From NCBI GenBank assembly GCA_030756715.1, contig JAVBJD010000001.1, positions 5,578-69,577 of the forward strand: 64,000 nucleotides of DNA, in the 5' to 3' direction. The stretch comes from Conexivisphaerales archaeon (GTDB lineage Archaea > Thermoproteota > Nitrososphaeria > Conexivisphaerales > UBA164). Made by a program: the position numbers and the translations under genes. Under the pieces are notes generated by a model. The model saw nothing but the letters and a program-made list of their open reading frames with translations. It was not told the origin of the DNA and ran no database searches. Within the stretch, counting starts at the first letter, position 1; every line of letters starts with the position of its first letter. Positions 9,000 through 18,505 of the stretch are shown here, one piece after another.

Positions 9000-9803
9000 A
9001 TGGCCGCTCAGCCTTTGAGCGGGATCTCGATCAAGAGAGACAAGCTGGAGTCTAATCCTAGAGGGGTTCAGCTTGCGTTCGAGACGTTTTTGAATTCCGG
9101 TCTTAACGTTCTTGATTTGAGGGATTCTTGGATCAAGTTAGAAAAATTCGAGTCTTTCCTTAAACCGCTCCGGGAAAATAAAAACATAATTGTTTTAGCC
9201 CGGTTCAGTGGGATATACCCGAGCTACGAAAACATTATTCACCAAGCATCGCTTTTGAAAAACGTTTTGGGAAGGCCTGCAGATGTATTTGAAATCAAGA
9301 TGCCAAACTTTTTTGTAAGTTTAAAAGAAACGTTAAGAGGGTTTAAAAAAGCGCTCAATGAAGGTATAATAAACAGCTTTGGATTGATTGGATGGAGGGC
9401 CAATTATATTAAAGAAATATATCAGGAGGATATTTTTGAGAAACTTCAGCATGTTAAAGTTGACTTTAACGCTTTGACAAAAAACAATCAGCGCGTTGTT
9501 AAAAAACTACAGAACCTTAAGATAAACGTCTTTTCTGCTTCGCCTTTAGGAGGAGGAATATTAACTGAAAGGGGTTATATGTCTTTTAAAAACAGGATAA
9601 TTTACGGTTGCACTTTAAACAGGCTAAAGAAACTCTCTGAAGAAAAGGGGTCGAGCATTTCTGAGATAGCGCTTTCTTTACTTAACTTCTTTAAGGTATC
9701 TTACGCACCCTCAATAAGCGAACCTTTGCATGTTAAAGGGATTTTAAAAAGCAAGGAAATAAAACTCAACGAAGAAGACCTGAGAACCGTTTTTAATTTA
9801 TAA
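9000..9803 (+). CDS. Aldo/keto reductase-like protein (divergent)
   Basis: The C-terminal half has the AKR-like SASPLGGGILTERG motif. The N-terminal half is poorly conserved, so activity is uncertain. Confidence 0.4.
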   Translation: MAAQPLSGISIKRDKLESNPRGVQLAFETFLNSGLNVLDLRDSWIKLEKFESFLKPLRENKNIIVLARFSGIYPSYENIIHQASLLKNVLGRPADVFEIKMPNFFVSLKETLRGFKKALNEGIINSFGLIGWRANYIKEIYQEDIFEKLQHVKVDFNALTKNNQRVVKKLQNLKINVFSASPLGGGILTERGYMSFKNRIIYGCTLNRLKKLSEEKGSSISEIALSLLNFFKVSYAPSISEPLHVKGILKSKEIKLNEEDLRTVFNL

Positions 9804-9844
9804 TAAAATAAAGATTATTAAATGGATCACGGTTAAGAAAATAG

Positions 9845-10282
9845 ATGCTTCAGGACTGCGTTTTTTGTAATATATCAAACGGAAAAGAACAGGCATACAA
9901 AATATTTGAAAATGAAAGGGTGATAGCAATACTTGACAGATTTCCCATAGCGCCGGGTCATTCCTTAGTGATAACTAAAAAGCACTATCAGGATTTTCTT
10001 TCTGTTCCCGATGATGAACTTTATGATCTTGCCAGAATATCTAAAATTGTCGGGTTGGCTGTAAAAATGGGTATGAACGCAGACGGCATAAGGCTTTTCA
10101 CGAACGTAGGCAGGGCAGCCAGTCAAATAATTTTTCATGTTCATGTACACATAGTTCCTTTATGGGAGAGAGAACCAAACTTTACATGGTTTAGAAGGAG
10201 AGCTGAGATAACTCCAAACGTGGCGAACTACGTTTTAAATAAGATAAAGCCGTATCTTAACGAAACTTTATTTAAGCTGTGA
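9845..10282 (+). CDS. HIT-family (histidine triad) nucleotide hydrolase/transferase
   Basis: CVFCNI zinc motif and histidine triad HVHVHIVP. Confidence 0.9.
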   Translation: MLQDCVFCNISNGKEQAYKIFENERVIAILDRFPIAPGHSLVITKKHYQDFLSVPDDELYDLARISKIVGLAVKMGMNADGIRLFTNVGRAASQIIFHVHVHIVPLWEREPNFTWFRRRAEITPNVANYVLNKIKPYLNETLFKL

Positions 10283-10298
10283 CCTGCTTTATTATTCA

Positions 10299-11210
10299 AT
10301 GCTAAAGACTGGCGTTCTATGCGGTGGGACATCAGGAGCTAAAGTCGTTGGAGGGCTGTACAGGAACAAAATTGAAGTTAATGCTATAGTAAACACTGCG
10401 GATGACGAATATTTTCTTGGTCTCTATGTATCACCGGATTTTGATTCTGTAATTTATTCGCTAGCCGGAATCTTTGACTTTAAAAAAAACTGGGGTATAG
10501 TGGGGGATACGTTTAACGCATATGAGATGCTGAAAACAATGAAGGCTGAACCTTACATAATGCTCGGTGACAGGGATCTGGCTGTTCATATTTACAGGAC
10601 TTACCTTTTGAAAAGTGGTTTGAAGCTTACAGACGTTTTTGAAAAAATTCTCAAAGCTTTTGGACTGGATGTAAAAGTTGCCCCTCCTTCCGATAGCAGG
10701 TTAAAAACAATGATTGGTTTAAGCTCTGGAGAAATTTCTTTTGAAGAATACTATGTAAAGAGAATTGAGGATAGCATAAAATACCTTAGGATCGATGGTT
10801 CAGGACATGCAAGAGCTTCTGAAAAAGCGCTTGAAATCATTGATGAATCTGAAATTTTAATAGTTGCACCGAGCAATCCTTTAGCTTCTATATTTCCAAT
10901 AATTTCTGTTAAAGATCTGAGAGAAAAAATAAAAAATTTTAATGGCAAAAGGGTAGCTATAAGCCCTTTTAAAGGAGGGGTCACATATAAGGGCCCAGCT
11001 TCCAAAATGATGCGGGATCTGGGAATAGAACCAGAAGCCGGGGGCATTATAAAAATTTATGACGGCTTGATAGATTACCTTATTGTAGACACGAATGACT
11101 ATAAAGAAAATGAAAGAATTATCGAAGGCGTTAAAATAATTCCTTCTGATATAACCATAAATGAGGATAAGGATGTAATAAGACTGTACAATACAATCTT
11201 AAACTTATGA
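10299..11210 (+). CDS. CofD/YvcK-family protein (2-phospho-L-lactate transferase-like)
   Basis: LCGGTSGAKVVGGL ... NTADDE ... VAPSNPLASI pattern of the CofD family. Confidence 0.65.
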   Translation: MLKTGVLCGGTSGAKVVGGLYRNKIEVNAIVNTADDEYFLGLYVSPDFDSVIYSLAGIFDFKKNWGIVGDTFNAYEMLKTMKAEPYIMLGDRDLAVHIYRTYLLKSGLKLTDVFEKILKAFGLDVKVAPPSDSRLKTMIGLSSGEISFEEYYVKRIEDSIKYLRIDGSGHARASEKALEIIDESEILIVAPSNPLASIFPIISVKDLREKIKNFNGKRVAISPFKGGVTYKGPASKMMRDLGIEPEAGGIIKIYDGLIDYLIVDTNDYKENERIIEGVKIIPSDITINEDKDVIRLYNTILNL

Positions 11211-11282
11211 AATGCATGTGCTAAAGGCATATTCCTTAAAAATTAAAATAAGCTTAAATCGATCTTTTTTGAAAATTATTCA

Positions 11283-11380
11283 GCCGGGGTGCCCGAGCGG
11301 CCTAAGGGGCTGGCCTCGAGATCGCTGACAGGAAAGCCAGTGGGCTTCGGCCCTCGCAGGTTCAAATCCTGCCCCCGGCG
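11283..11380 (+). tRNA. tRNA-Ser (CGA) with a canonical 37/38 intron (~14 nt)
   Basis: GCCGGGG acceptor. Anticodon arm CUGGC-CUCGAG[AUCGCUGACAGGAA]A-GCCAG. Long variable arm GGGC-UUCG-GCCC. T arm GCAGG-UUCAAAU-CCUGC. CCCCGGC plus discriminator G. Confidence 0.85.
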
Positions 11381-11479
11381 AGTTTTATACATTGTTTTTT
11401 ATATTAAATGGGCTGCAACTTTGCTTTTGTCAAAGATTGTGAAGAAAGAAATAATAATCTCATAAATTATAATTGTTCA

Positions 11480-11797
11480 ATGGACAAAGAAAAGGTCTTA
11501 GATCAGATCTGGGAAAACCTTTCTTATGTTATAGACCCTGAAGTTGGAGTATCAATACTTGACTTGAACTTAGTCCAAAAGCTGGAGCTTAGCGAAGATG
11601 GCACTGTAGACATAGAAGTTAGAATGACAACTCCTGCATGTCCTGCAATGTTAGCTTATCAGCTGGCAAATGATGTAGTAGAGGCTTTGAAAAAGGTTCC
11701 AGAAGTTAAAAAGATCAAGTTCAAGTTATTGGACCATTATATGGCTGATCAGATAAACGAAGCAATAAAAGAGTCTTTGGAAGAAAAAGCTGCATAA
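11480..11797 (+). CDS. DUF59 / MIP18-family Fe-S assembly protein (SufT/PaaD-like)
   Basis: IDPEVGVSILDLNLV...VRMTTPACP motif. The start is moved to ATG 11480 (MDKEKV); the upstream part of the track ORF looks non-coding. Confidence 0.75.
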   Translation: MDKEKVLDQIWENLSYVIDPEVGVSILDLNLVQKLELSEDGTVDIEVRMTTPACPAMLAYQLANDVVEALKKVPEVKKIKFKLLDHYMADQINEAIKESLEEKAA

Positions 11798-11798
11798 A

Positions 11799-12491
11799 AT
11801 GTTCAATAAAAAACTGATCAGCTCAGTTGTAGGAATTGCTGCTTTTATATTATCCTATGCCTTCTACGGAGAAGGAAACTTCGGATACAATCCTCTTCAT
11901 AGCCTGATAGTTGCTATACCTGTGTGGACTGCAAAAGCTGTAGCAGATGGTGGAGTAGCCGTAATATTTGTATTAATGACGCTAGAGAGTTCATCTCTGC
12001 CCATACCTTCTGAGGTTATACTTCCTTTATCCGGGTATTTGGTTTCGCTCGGAAAGCTTAACCTTTATTTAGTTCTTTTTGCTGCAATAGCTGGGTCTAT
12101 AATAGGTTCTATAGCGGATTATTATATAGGTTTGCTTATAGGAATAGAAGGCATAGAAAAAAGAAAGCTGATAAGCGAAAATAACCTCAAAAAGGCTGTC
12201 GAATGGTTTAAAAAATACGGTGCTTACGCTGTGTTTTTTACAAGAATGCTGCCCGGCATGAGAACTTTGATTTCTTTTCCTGCCGGGGCATTTAAAATGA
12301 ACCTTTTCAGGTTTATACTCTTTACATTTTTAGGATCTTTTCTATGGAGCCTGGTTCTTCTTTATATAGGAATACTGCTTGGGAATAACTGGGGACACGC
12401 AATAAATATCATAAACAGGGTTCTTGTTCCGGCGGCAATAGGCGTAACTGTTGCATTTTTAGTTTACATTGCGCTCTCGATCAAAAAATGA
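11799..12491 (+). CDS. DedA-family membrane protein
   Basis: LPIPSEVILPLSGYL and FFTRMLPGMRTLISFPAG motifs. Confidence 0.85.
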   Translation: MFNKKLISSVVGIAAFILSYAFYGEGNFGYNPLHSLIVAIPVWTAKAVADGGVAVIFVLMTLESSSLPIPSEVILPLSGYLVSLGKLNLYLVLFAAIAGSIIGSIADYYIGLLIGIEGIEKRKLISENNLKKAVEWFKKYGAYAVFFTRMLPGMRTLISFPAGAFKMNLFRFILFTFLGSFLWSLVLLYIGILLGNNWGHAINIINRVLVPAAIGVTVAFLVYIALSIKK

Positions 12492-12497
12492 TTGCTT

Positions 12498-13229
12498 CTA
12501 AGGCCTCCATGCGGTTTTTGCTTTTTTGCCAACTGCCAGCCCTATAAAGGCACCTAATATTGCAAAAACAATGTCGATCAAAGCAGAAGACAGCTGGATT
12601 AAAGGCGGCTGATAAACACCGAAGTTAAAGAGCATAAACTGCGATGCGAGAAAAGCGTCTGCCGCACTGAACATTATAGAGCCAAGTGCAGGAGTTATAT
12701 ACTCTTTCTTTCCAGCTAAGATTATAAGTTCTGCCAAAGCCGCCATGCTGAAGTAGAAAGGAGTCCAGATAGGGTTAAAGAAAGCGATCATAGATATTAT
12801 GTAAAACGGTATTATCATCATGAAAATAGATCCGTATGCGTTATCGGTAAGTAAAAGCAAAACGCTTACTATTAAACCCTGTGGAAGGTACACAAAAAGA
12901 GCTGTTGCAAAGTAGTTTAAAGGAGGAGTGTACCAAACAAACGAAGGTATATACGCAATCGCAAACTGTGCAGCGTAAAGCAATATTCCGAAAGTTATTG
13001 ATAAAGCTAGGTTTTTTGGCCTCACGACTTCTTTTAAATTCTTGTTTATGAGAACTAAACCAACTACTATGATCGCTAATGACTCAGCCATTGTTATGGC
13101 TTCGCTCATCACCTTACTGTACGCATAAACCTCAAATGAAATGTATAACATGAAAGCGAGCACCGCAATTATTATTGCCGATAAGGCCGTTGCTAATAAT
13201 GAGTTTCTCATGTTGGATGGATTATCCAT
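12498..13229 (-). CDS. Polytopic membrane protein, possible ECF-transporter S component
   Basis: 243 aa with about 6-7 TM helices. Divergent from the adjacent ECF ATPase/T-component genes. The assignment rests on context only. Confidence 0.35.
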   Translation of the reverse strand: MDNPSNMRNSLLATALSAIIIAVLAFMLYISFEVYAYSKVMSEAITMAESLAIIVVGLVLINKNLKEVVRPKNLALSITFGILLYAAQFAIAYIPSFVWYTPPLNYFATALFVYLPQGLIVSVLLLLTDNAYGSIFMMIIPFYIISMIAFFNPIWTPFYFSMAALAELIILAGKKEYITPALGSIMFSAADAFLASQFMLFNFGVYQPPLIQLSSALIDIVFAILGAFIGLAVGKKAKTAWRP

Positions 13230-13268
13230 CCAAATATTTATATCTTTCTGTTTCCAACGCCTTTTTGT

Positions 13269-14525
13269 ATGTTATCTATCAAGGACCTCTCGATGCGCTA
13301 TGATGGAAAGTTGATTTTTGAAAATATTAACTGGGAATTAGGAGAAGGAGAATTAGGTTTGATAAGCGGAGCTACGGGTTCTGGTAAGACTTCTCTTTTG
13401 TACGCGATTTTGGGGTTTGTGGGGGAATACGTTGATGCAAAAATTGAAGGAAGTATTAACGTTAATGGTATAACGCCTAATGAGGCTCTTAAAAATCAAT
13501 TGGTTTACTATGTACCTCAAGAACCCATAAATTCCTTTATTGGTTATGATGTTTGCACTGAGCTTACCTGGAAAAACCCAGAACCAAGAAGTTTTGATGA
13601 AGTCGTTGAAGCCTTGGGCTTAAGAGGACTTTTGCACAGAGACGTGTTTACTTTAAGCGGCGGAGAAGCGCAGAAAGTAGCTGTTGGTTTTGCTCTTCTC
13701 GGTCGCTATAAGTTAGTGCTTTTTGATGAGCCTCTTGCAAACCTTGATAATGATTCAAGAAAAAAGTTCATAGAACAGCTTAAACTATTAAAAGAAAAAA
13801 ATGTAACGGTTATAATTGCTGAACATAGGACTGAGTATTTAAAAGATATAGCAGATACCAGTATTGAGCTTCATTCTGAAAAATTTGATGCGCCAGAACC
13901 GGAGATAGACCTTAAAAATAAAAAAGCAAACGGGGATCTTATTAAAGTAACTAACTTGAACTACATTTATGATTCAGGTGTTCAGGCTTTAAAAAACATA
14001 AGCCTTGAAGTCAAAGCAGGAGAAATAGTCGCGTTTGTTGGCCCTAACGGTTCTGGGAAATCGACTTTGGCGAAGATAATCATTGGAATGCTTCCTTCAA
14101 AGGGCGTCTTTACAGGTGCAAGAACTAAAGGGTTCATGCTACAAACCCCAGAGCTTCAGTTTCTCCAGGATAAAGTAATTTCGGAGGTCCTATACGAAAG
14201 CAGAGACAGAAACATAGCAGATCAAAGCATAAAATTTTTCGGACTTGAAAGCAAAAAAGAAAGGCTACCTCATTCGCTTTCAAGGGGCGAAAGGGTTAGA
14301 TTGGCTCTTGCGTCTGCTGTAGCTAAAGATCCAGAGCTGTATGTGCTAGATGAACCTACAGAAGGCCAAGATCAGTACGGTTTATCATTATTGGTTAATA
14401 TTTTAAAGCTTATAAAGAGCTCAGGTTCTTCTGCCATAGTTATAACGCAGGAAGAATCGCTTACTAAAAAAATATCAGACAGAGTTTATCGTTTTTATAA
14501 CGGTGAAATTTATGAATCGCAATAA
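13269..14525 (+). CDS. ECF/ABC transporter ATPase with two fused ATPase domains
   Basis: Two Walker A sites (GATGSGKTS, GPNGSGKST), two signature motifs (LSGGEAQ, LSRGERV) and two Walker B sites (LVLFDEP, LYVLDEP). Confidence 0.8.
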   Translation: MLSIKDLSMRYDGKLIFENINWELGEGELGLISGATGSGKTSLLYAILGFVGEYVDAKIEGSINVNGITPNEALKNQLVYYVPQEPINSFIGYDVCTELTWKNPEPRSFDEVVEALGLRGLLHRDVFTLSGGEAQKVAVGFALLGRYKLVLFDEPLANLDNDSRKKFIEQLKLLKEKNVTVIIAEHRTEYLKDIADTSIELHSEKFDAPEPEIDLKNKKANGDLIKVTNLNYIYDSGVQALKNISLEVKAGEIVAFVGPNGSGKSTLAKIIIGMLPSKGVFTGARTKGFMLQTPELQFLQDKVISEVLYESRDRNIADQSIKFFGLESKKERLPHSLSRGERVRLALASAVAKDPELYVLDEPTEGQDQYGLSLLVNILKLIKSSGSSAIVITQEESLTKKISDRVYRFYNGEIYESQ

Positions 14526-15288
14526 AAGTTATGGTATTTTTACATCGTTTTTAGTCCTTTTGACGGGTTCTACGTTAGCACTAATGTCATATAACATTTA
14601 TACCCTTACGGCTGGCGTATTGTTTTCTTTTGTATATGGTTTTGTAAATTATAAAAAGCAGCTGCTTCCAGTAATAAAATTCAGCGCATGGGTAGTTTTA
14701 GGTTTTGTGCTATCTCAAGCATTTTTTTACTGGGGTTTTTATTCTGGACAAAAAACGTACATTATCTTTTGGGTAATAAAACCCCATTATAACTTACTTG
14801 TTGACTTTTTAACAGAAGGCAAGGGTATTGCGATCACTTACCAAGGTATAATATGGGGGATTATATCTTCAGCAAAGCTGTTAATAACTTTGTTTTTGGC
14901 TTTCTCTTTTTCTAAACGTTTGAACCCGAAGATCGTTTTGAACGCTTTAAAGAAAATACACGTTCCACCTCTGATCGCTCTTGGAGCCGCTATGACCTTC
15001 AGGCTTCTACCAGAAATGGCAGAAATGTCAAAGACCTTATATTCGGTAAGCAGGATAAGAAAGCCAAAAAAGTTTAGCAGAATAACAATGCCCTATACGT
15101 TTCTTAAAGCGTTGATTTACAACTCAGTAAAAAAAGCTTTTGTTGCCTCGCTTGCACTTGAAACCAAAGGTTTGCCCGATTTCACTTTTGAATGTGAAGA
15201 AATTAAAAGGCCTGATGCTGGAGCTGCTGACCTCCTCTTTTTTGTTATTTTAGCTTTCCTTATCGCTCTTAACTTTATTATTTTTTAG
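14503..15288 (+). CDS. ECF transporter T component (CbiQ/EcfT-like)
   Basis: Multi-TM protein with a C-terminal ASLALETKG motif. Overlaps the ATPase gene by 23 nt. Confidence 0.6.
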   Translation: MKFMNRNKSYGIFTSFLVLLTGSTLALMSYNIYTLTAGVLFSFVYGFVNYKKQLLPVIKFSAWVVLGFVLSQAFFYWGFYSGQKTYIIFWVIKPHYNLLVDFLTEGKGIAITYQGIIWGIISSAKLLITLFLAFSFSKRLNPKIVLNALKKIHVPPLIALGAAMTFRLLPEMAEMSKTLYSVSRIRKPKKFSRITMPYTFLKALIYNSVKKAFVASLALETKGLPDFTFECEEIKRPDAGAADLLFFVILAFLIALNFIIF

Positions 15289-16449
15289 CATCCTAAGCCT
15301 TTCTCCGTTTATTATAAAAGATGAAATATAAAGAATTAAAGCCGTTTCAATAAGCCCCACGAAAATACCTAAAATCCAGTAGCCCGTGAGGTATCTTGTT
15401 ATGAATGCCCTCGTAATTTCTATCGCATATGTAGGAGGTAACAATAAAAGCAGTATTTTAAAGGGCCCGCTTACGTAACTCAACGAACCTCCAGCTATAA
15501 AGAAAAGAGTTGGTATAAGTATAGGGACCGTTATTATACCTAAATATACATTGGCTATCCTTAAATCTTTGCTTAGAAGCCCTATCAAAATTCCCAGTGA
15601 GCTCGAAAAGATTGTGCTTATCATAAGAAGCACTAAAAATATCATAAAGATCAGCGTGTTTACAGAAATAAGCGGTCCTGTTTGCACTGCTCCTAAAAGA
15701 CTCAAATATTCATTTGAAAATATAACGAGTCCAACCAAATAAAATATTGAGCTCAATATAGATATTACAAACGAAGAAACGATTTTTGATATCAGAATTT
15801 CGTACCTTTTAATGGGCATGCTAAGCAACATTTCAAAAGTTTTTTCTTCTTGCTCAACGGTTATCAGAGTTGCGGACATTTCAGCCATACCTATGCAGAG
15901 AGCGAAAAGAATAGTTGGCGCAACGAACTCTTCGACCTGAGTCATTTCAAATATGTAAAGCGGATTAAGAGAATACGTAATGTTGTTGATGTTTGTAATA
16001 AACGAAAAATTAACAGGATTTGATACGACTTGAAAATCAGTGATCCCGCTCTTTTTTAAAAGGTAATTCCTGTAGTATGACTGAAAATTGTTGAGAACGT
16101 AATTCAGAGCTTCAGCTTTAGCGTAATAAATCTGGTTTATATCTTTCATGTTAAAAGTAACGTTAAGGCTTATGAAATTGCTGCTGTTTGTATAACTTAT
16201 TATAGCATCAGAATTAAATGGCTGACTTGTAATTTTGACCCCCTGACTATAAAGATAGCTGTCCAGAAGGCTCCAGTTCTTAGTTACGTAGACGCTTAAA
16301 GGGACAGTTGAAGGGGGCGCGGTAACTGCAGAGATAAATCCAAAAGCCGCGAATATTAGCAGGGGTAAGAAGAAGCCTATGTAAACTTTTGGGTCTCTAA
16401 GCACGTCAAGGAGGTCTTTTTTTATGAGCGCCCTTACCTTTCCCTTCAA
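15250..16449 (-). CDS. ABC-2 type exporter permease
   Basis: N-terminal TM helix, a large extracytoplasmic loop and a C-terminal 5-TM bundle. 4 nt overlap with the upstream ATPase gene. Confidence 0.65.
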   Translation of the reverse strand: MKGKVRALIKKDLLDVLRDPKVYIGFFLPLLIFAAFGFISAVTAPPSTVPLSVYVTKNWSLLDSYLYSQGVKITSQPFNSDAIISYTNSSNFISLNVTFNMKDINQIYYAKAEALNYVLNNFQSYYRNYLLKKSGITDFQVVSNPVNFSFITNINNITYSLNPLYIFEMTQVEEFVAPTILFALCIGMAEMSATLITVEQEEKTFEMLLSMPIKRYEILISKIVSSFVISILSSIFYLVGLVIFSNEYLSLLGAVQTGPLISVNTLIFMIFLVLLMISTIFSSSLGILIGLLSKDLRIANVYLGIITVPILIPTLFFIAGGSLSYVSGPFKILLLLLPPTYAIEITRAFITRYLTGYWILGIFVGLIETALILYISSFIINGERLRMLKNNKVKSDKES

Positions 16450-17219
16450 CCCTTAATCTCCCCCTTTTGAGGTTCTGTTTGATCCCCTTTTGCAAGTTTT
16501 ATGAATACTTCTTCCAGATCCTGGCTGTTACCCTTTATTTCTTTAACAGAACCAACCTTTAGCAAAACCCCTTCGTTTATGATTCCTATTTCATCACACA
16601 GCTTTTCCACTTCAAACATGTTATGAGAAGAAACTATTACAATAGACGAGTTTTTAACCGCAAAATCTTTTATAATGTTCCTTATGTTTATTGCATGAAA
16701 GACGTCTATTCCGGCAGTTGGTTCATCCAAAACTGCAAGCCTAGGCTTTATCATCAGTGCTCTAGCTATCTGTAGCCTTCTTTTCATACCTTTGCTGTAG
16801 GATTTTGTTTTATCGTGTATCTTGTCTCCTAGGTCGGCTATTTTAATTCCATCCTCTAGAAATTCATCGTATTCTTTTTCATTTTTTGCGTAAACCGTTG
16901 CAGCAAATGTCAGGTGTTCGTAACCGGTTAAGTTTCTGTATGTGCCGGCGTCTTCTGGCACATACGAAATGTACTCTCTGGCTCTTTCCGGATCATTAAT
17001 CACTTCTGTATCATTTAAAAAAACGCTTCCAGAATCAGGTTTAAGAACCGTTGCGATTATTTTAAGAGTTGTAGTTTTGCCTGCGCCATTGGGGCCTAGG
17101 AGCCCAAAAACTTTTCCTTCATGGGCCGTAAAGCTTATTCCTCTTACGGCAACCGTTTTGCCGTACGACTTAAAGAGTTCTTTTACATAAAGGGGCATCC
17201 GATTATATATACGCTGCAC
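16446..17219 (-). CDS. ABC transporter ATP-binding protein
   Basis: GPNGAGKTT, YSKGMKRRL and LAVLDEPTAGID motifs. Confidence 0.85.
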   Translation of the reverse strand: MQRIYNRMPLYVKELFKSYGKTVAVRGISFTAHEGKVFGLLGPNGAGKTTTLKIIATVLKPDSGSVFLNDTEVINDPERAREYISYVPEDAGTYRNLTGYEHLTFAATVYAKNEKEYDEFLEDGIKIADLGDKIHDKTKSYSKGMKRRLQIARALMIKPRLAVLDEPTAGIDVFHAINIRNIIKDFAVKNSSIVIVSSHNMFEVEKLCDEIGIINEGVLLKVGSVKEIKGNSQDLEEVFIKLAKGDQTEPQKGEIKG

Positions 17220-17265
17220 AATTATAAACGGTTTTTTAAAATTTAAAACGGCTGGTTGTGCTTGA

Positions 17266-17802
17266 TTATTTATCCTGTCTGTAAAGTATAATGTCTTTAA
17301 TGAATCCTGTCTCGTCTATTTCAACCTTTGACCTCCAGTCCTTAAAAACTATACCGTTTTCTTCTTTTATGTATCCAAGCCTTTCTAGCTTTGCTATTAT
17401 TTGATTCACTCTCCACCTAGGCAACTTTTCGGTAAGAATCCTCATTACCACCTCTAGAGGTACAGATCCTCCCCTCAGGGAAATCTCTACAAGAATCATT
17501 GCCAGCGAAGCTATTTCTTCTATGCGGAGCCACCGGCTATAGTCTGCTTCAGAGAGTGGCTCCTTCGTCATCAACACAAACCGTGCCTTTTCAAAGTCCT
17601 TGGGCGCCTCATCATCGGGGATTATAGCTATCTTCATGCCTAACCTGTCAGCTTCTAAGGAAGCTACTTTTATAGCCTCAAGATAATCTTTCCCAAGATG
17701 CTTTTTTAATTCCCAGCCTTTCAATCCCGGTAATGATGAAGTCTCTATCAGTAAAAGTCTGAGCGCCTTTATGGCTTTCTTTTGAAGTTCTTCTTCAGCC
17801 AA
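17266..17802 (-). CDS. Tandem winged-helix protein, ScpB/KITE-like partner of the SMC-like ATPase
   Basis: 178 aa with two wH-like halves: KALRLLLIETSSLPGLKGWELKKHL... and ...SVPLEVVMRILTEKLPRWRVNQIIAKLERLGYIKEENGIVF. Last gene of the operon, overlapping the previous gene by 8 nt. Confidence 0.45.
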   Translation of the reverse strand: MAEEELQKKAIKALRLLLIETSSLPGLKGWELKKHLGKDYLEAIKVASLEADRLGMKIAIIPDDEAPKDFEKARFVLMTKEPLSEADYSRWLRIEEIASLAMILVEISLRGGSVPLEVVMRILTEKLPRWRVNQIIAKLERLGYIKEENGIVFKDWRSKVEIDETGFIKDIILYRQDK

Positions 17803-18505
17803 ATGGTATCGCCACGCTTTCGAATTCTCCTCCTAGCGGGTTGCTTATCAGCGTTTCTCCAGTAAGAGGATTCCTGAGAACTGATATAACTCCTATGTTT
17901 GAGAGGTAAGCTATGTAAAATGCTACTTTTAATTTTTCGTTAAACTTCTCTATGAATTCTTTATAGGGCACTGTCTTGAGTTTTTCAAGTTCCTGCTTTA
18001 AGCTTTTTTCGTAAAATTCCATAGCTTCTTCTTCAAACTTTTTGTCAAAAACTATGCTCTGTGTGTATTCGCTTTCGTGCCTGGAAACGCTTCCCAAGCT
18101 CGGTTTTCTGCCCCACGGCTCTATCAACCCCAAGTATTCAACTGCCATCTTTATCCTTTCACGGCTTATTCTTTTTATCCCAAGGGCTGGAGTAGTGTGC
18201 TTTGCAAGTATAAGACCTAAGTCTTTAAATGGCATTTGCTTTACTTTTTCTTTTATGAGCTGTGGGTCTATTTTAAGGCCCTTTAACGCATCCAGTACCC
18301 ATTCTTCTTGTTTTTCAATAACTATAGATACAGAATTTAGAGCCTGCGATTCGTATTTTAAAGAAATAACCCTGTCTTTAAGCTTATTTTCATTTATCTT
18401 TTTTAAAAGTTCTTCAACGTTGATGGCGAACGGGTCTCCACCTACTTTTTTTAAAACTTCTGGCAGCTCTATTATTTTCTTTAATTCTTCTTCTTTGCCG
18501 TTCAC
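17795..18505 (-). CDS. Kleisin (ScpA)-like protein
   Basis: 236 aa with a helical N-terminus (DPFAINVEELLKKINE). The C-terminus VAFYIAYLSNIGVISVLRNPLTGETLIS resembles the ScpA C-terminal winged helix. 4 nt overlap with the SMC-like gene. Confidence 0.45.
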   Translation of the reverse strand: MNGKEEELKKIIELPEVLKKVGGDPFAINVEELLKKINENKLKDRVISLKYESQALNSVSIVIEKQEEWVLDALKGLKIDPQLIKEKVKQMPFKDLGLILAKHTTPALGIKRISRERIKMAVEYLGLIEPWGRKPSLGSVSRHESEYTQSIVFDKKFEEEAMEFYEKSLKQELEKLKTVPYKEFIEKFNEKLKVAFYIAYLSNIGVISVLRNPLTGETLISNPLGGEFESVAIPFG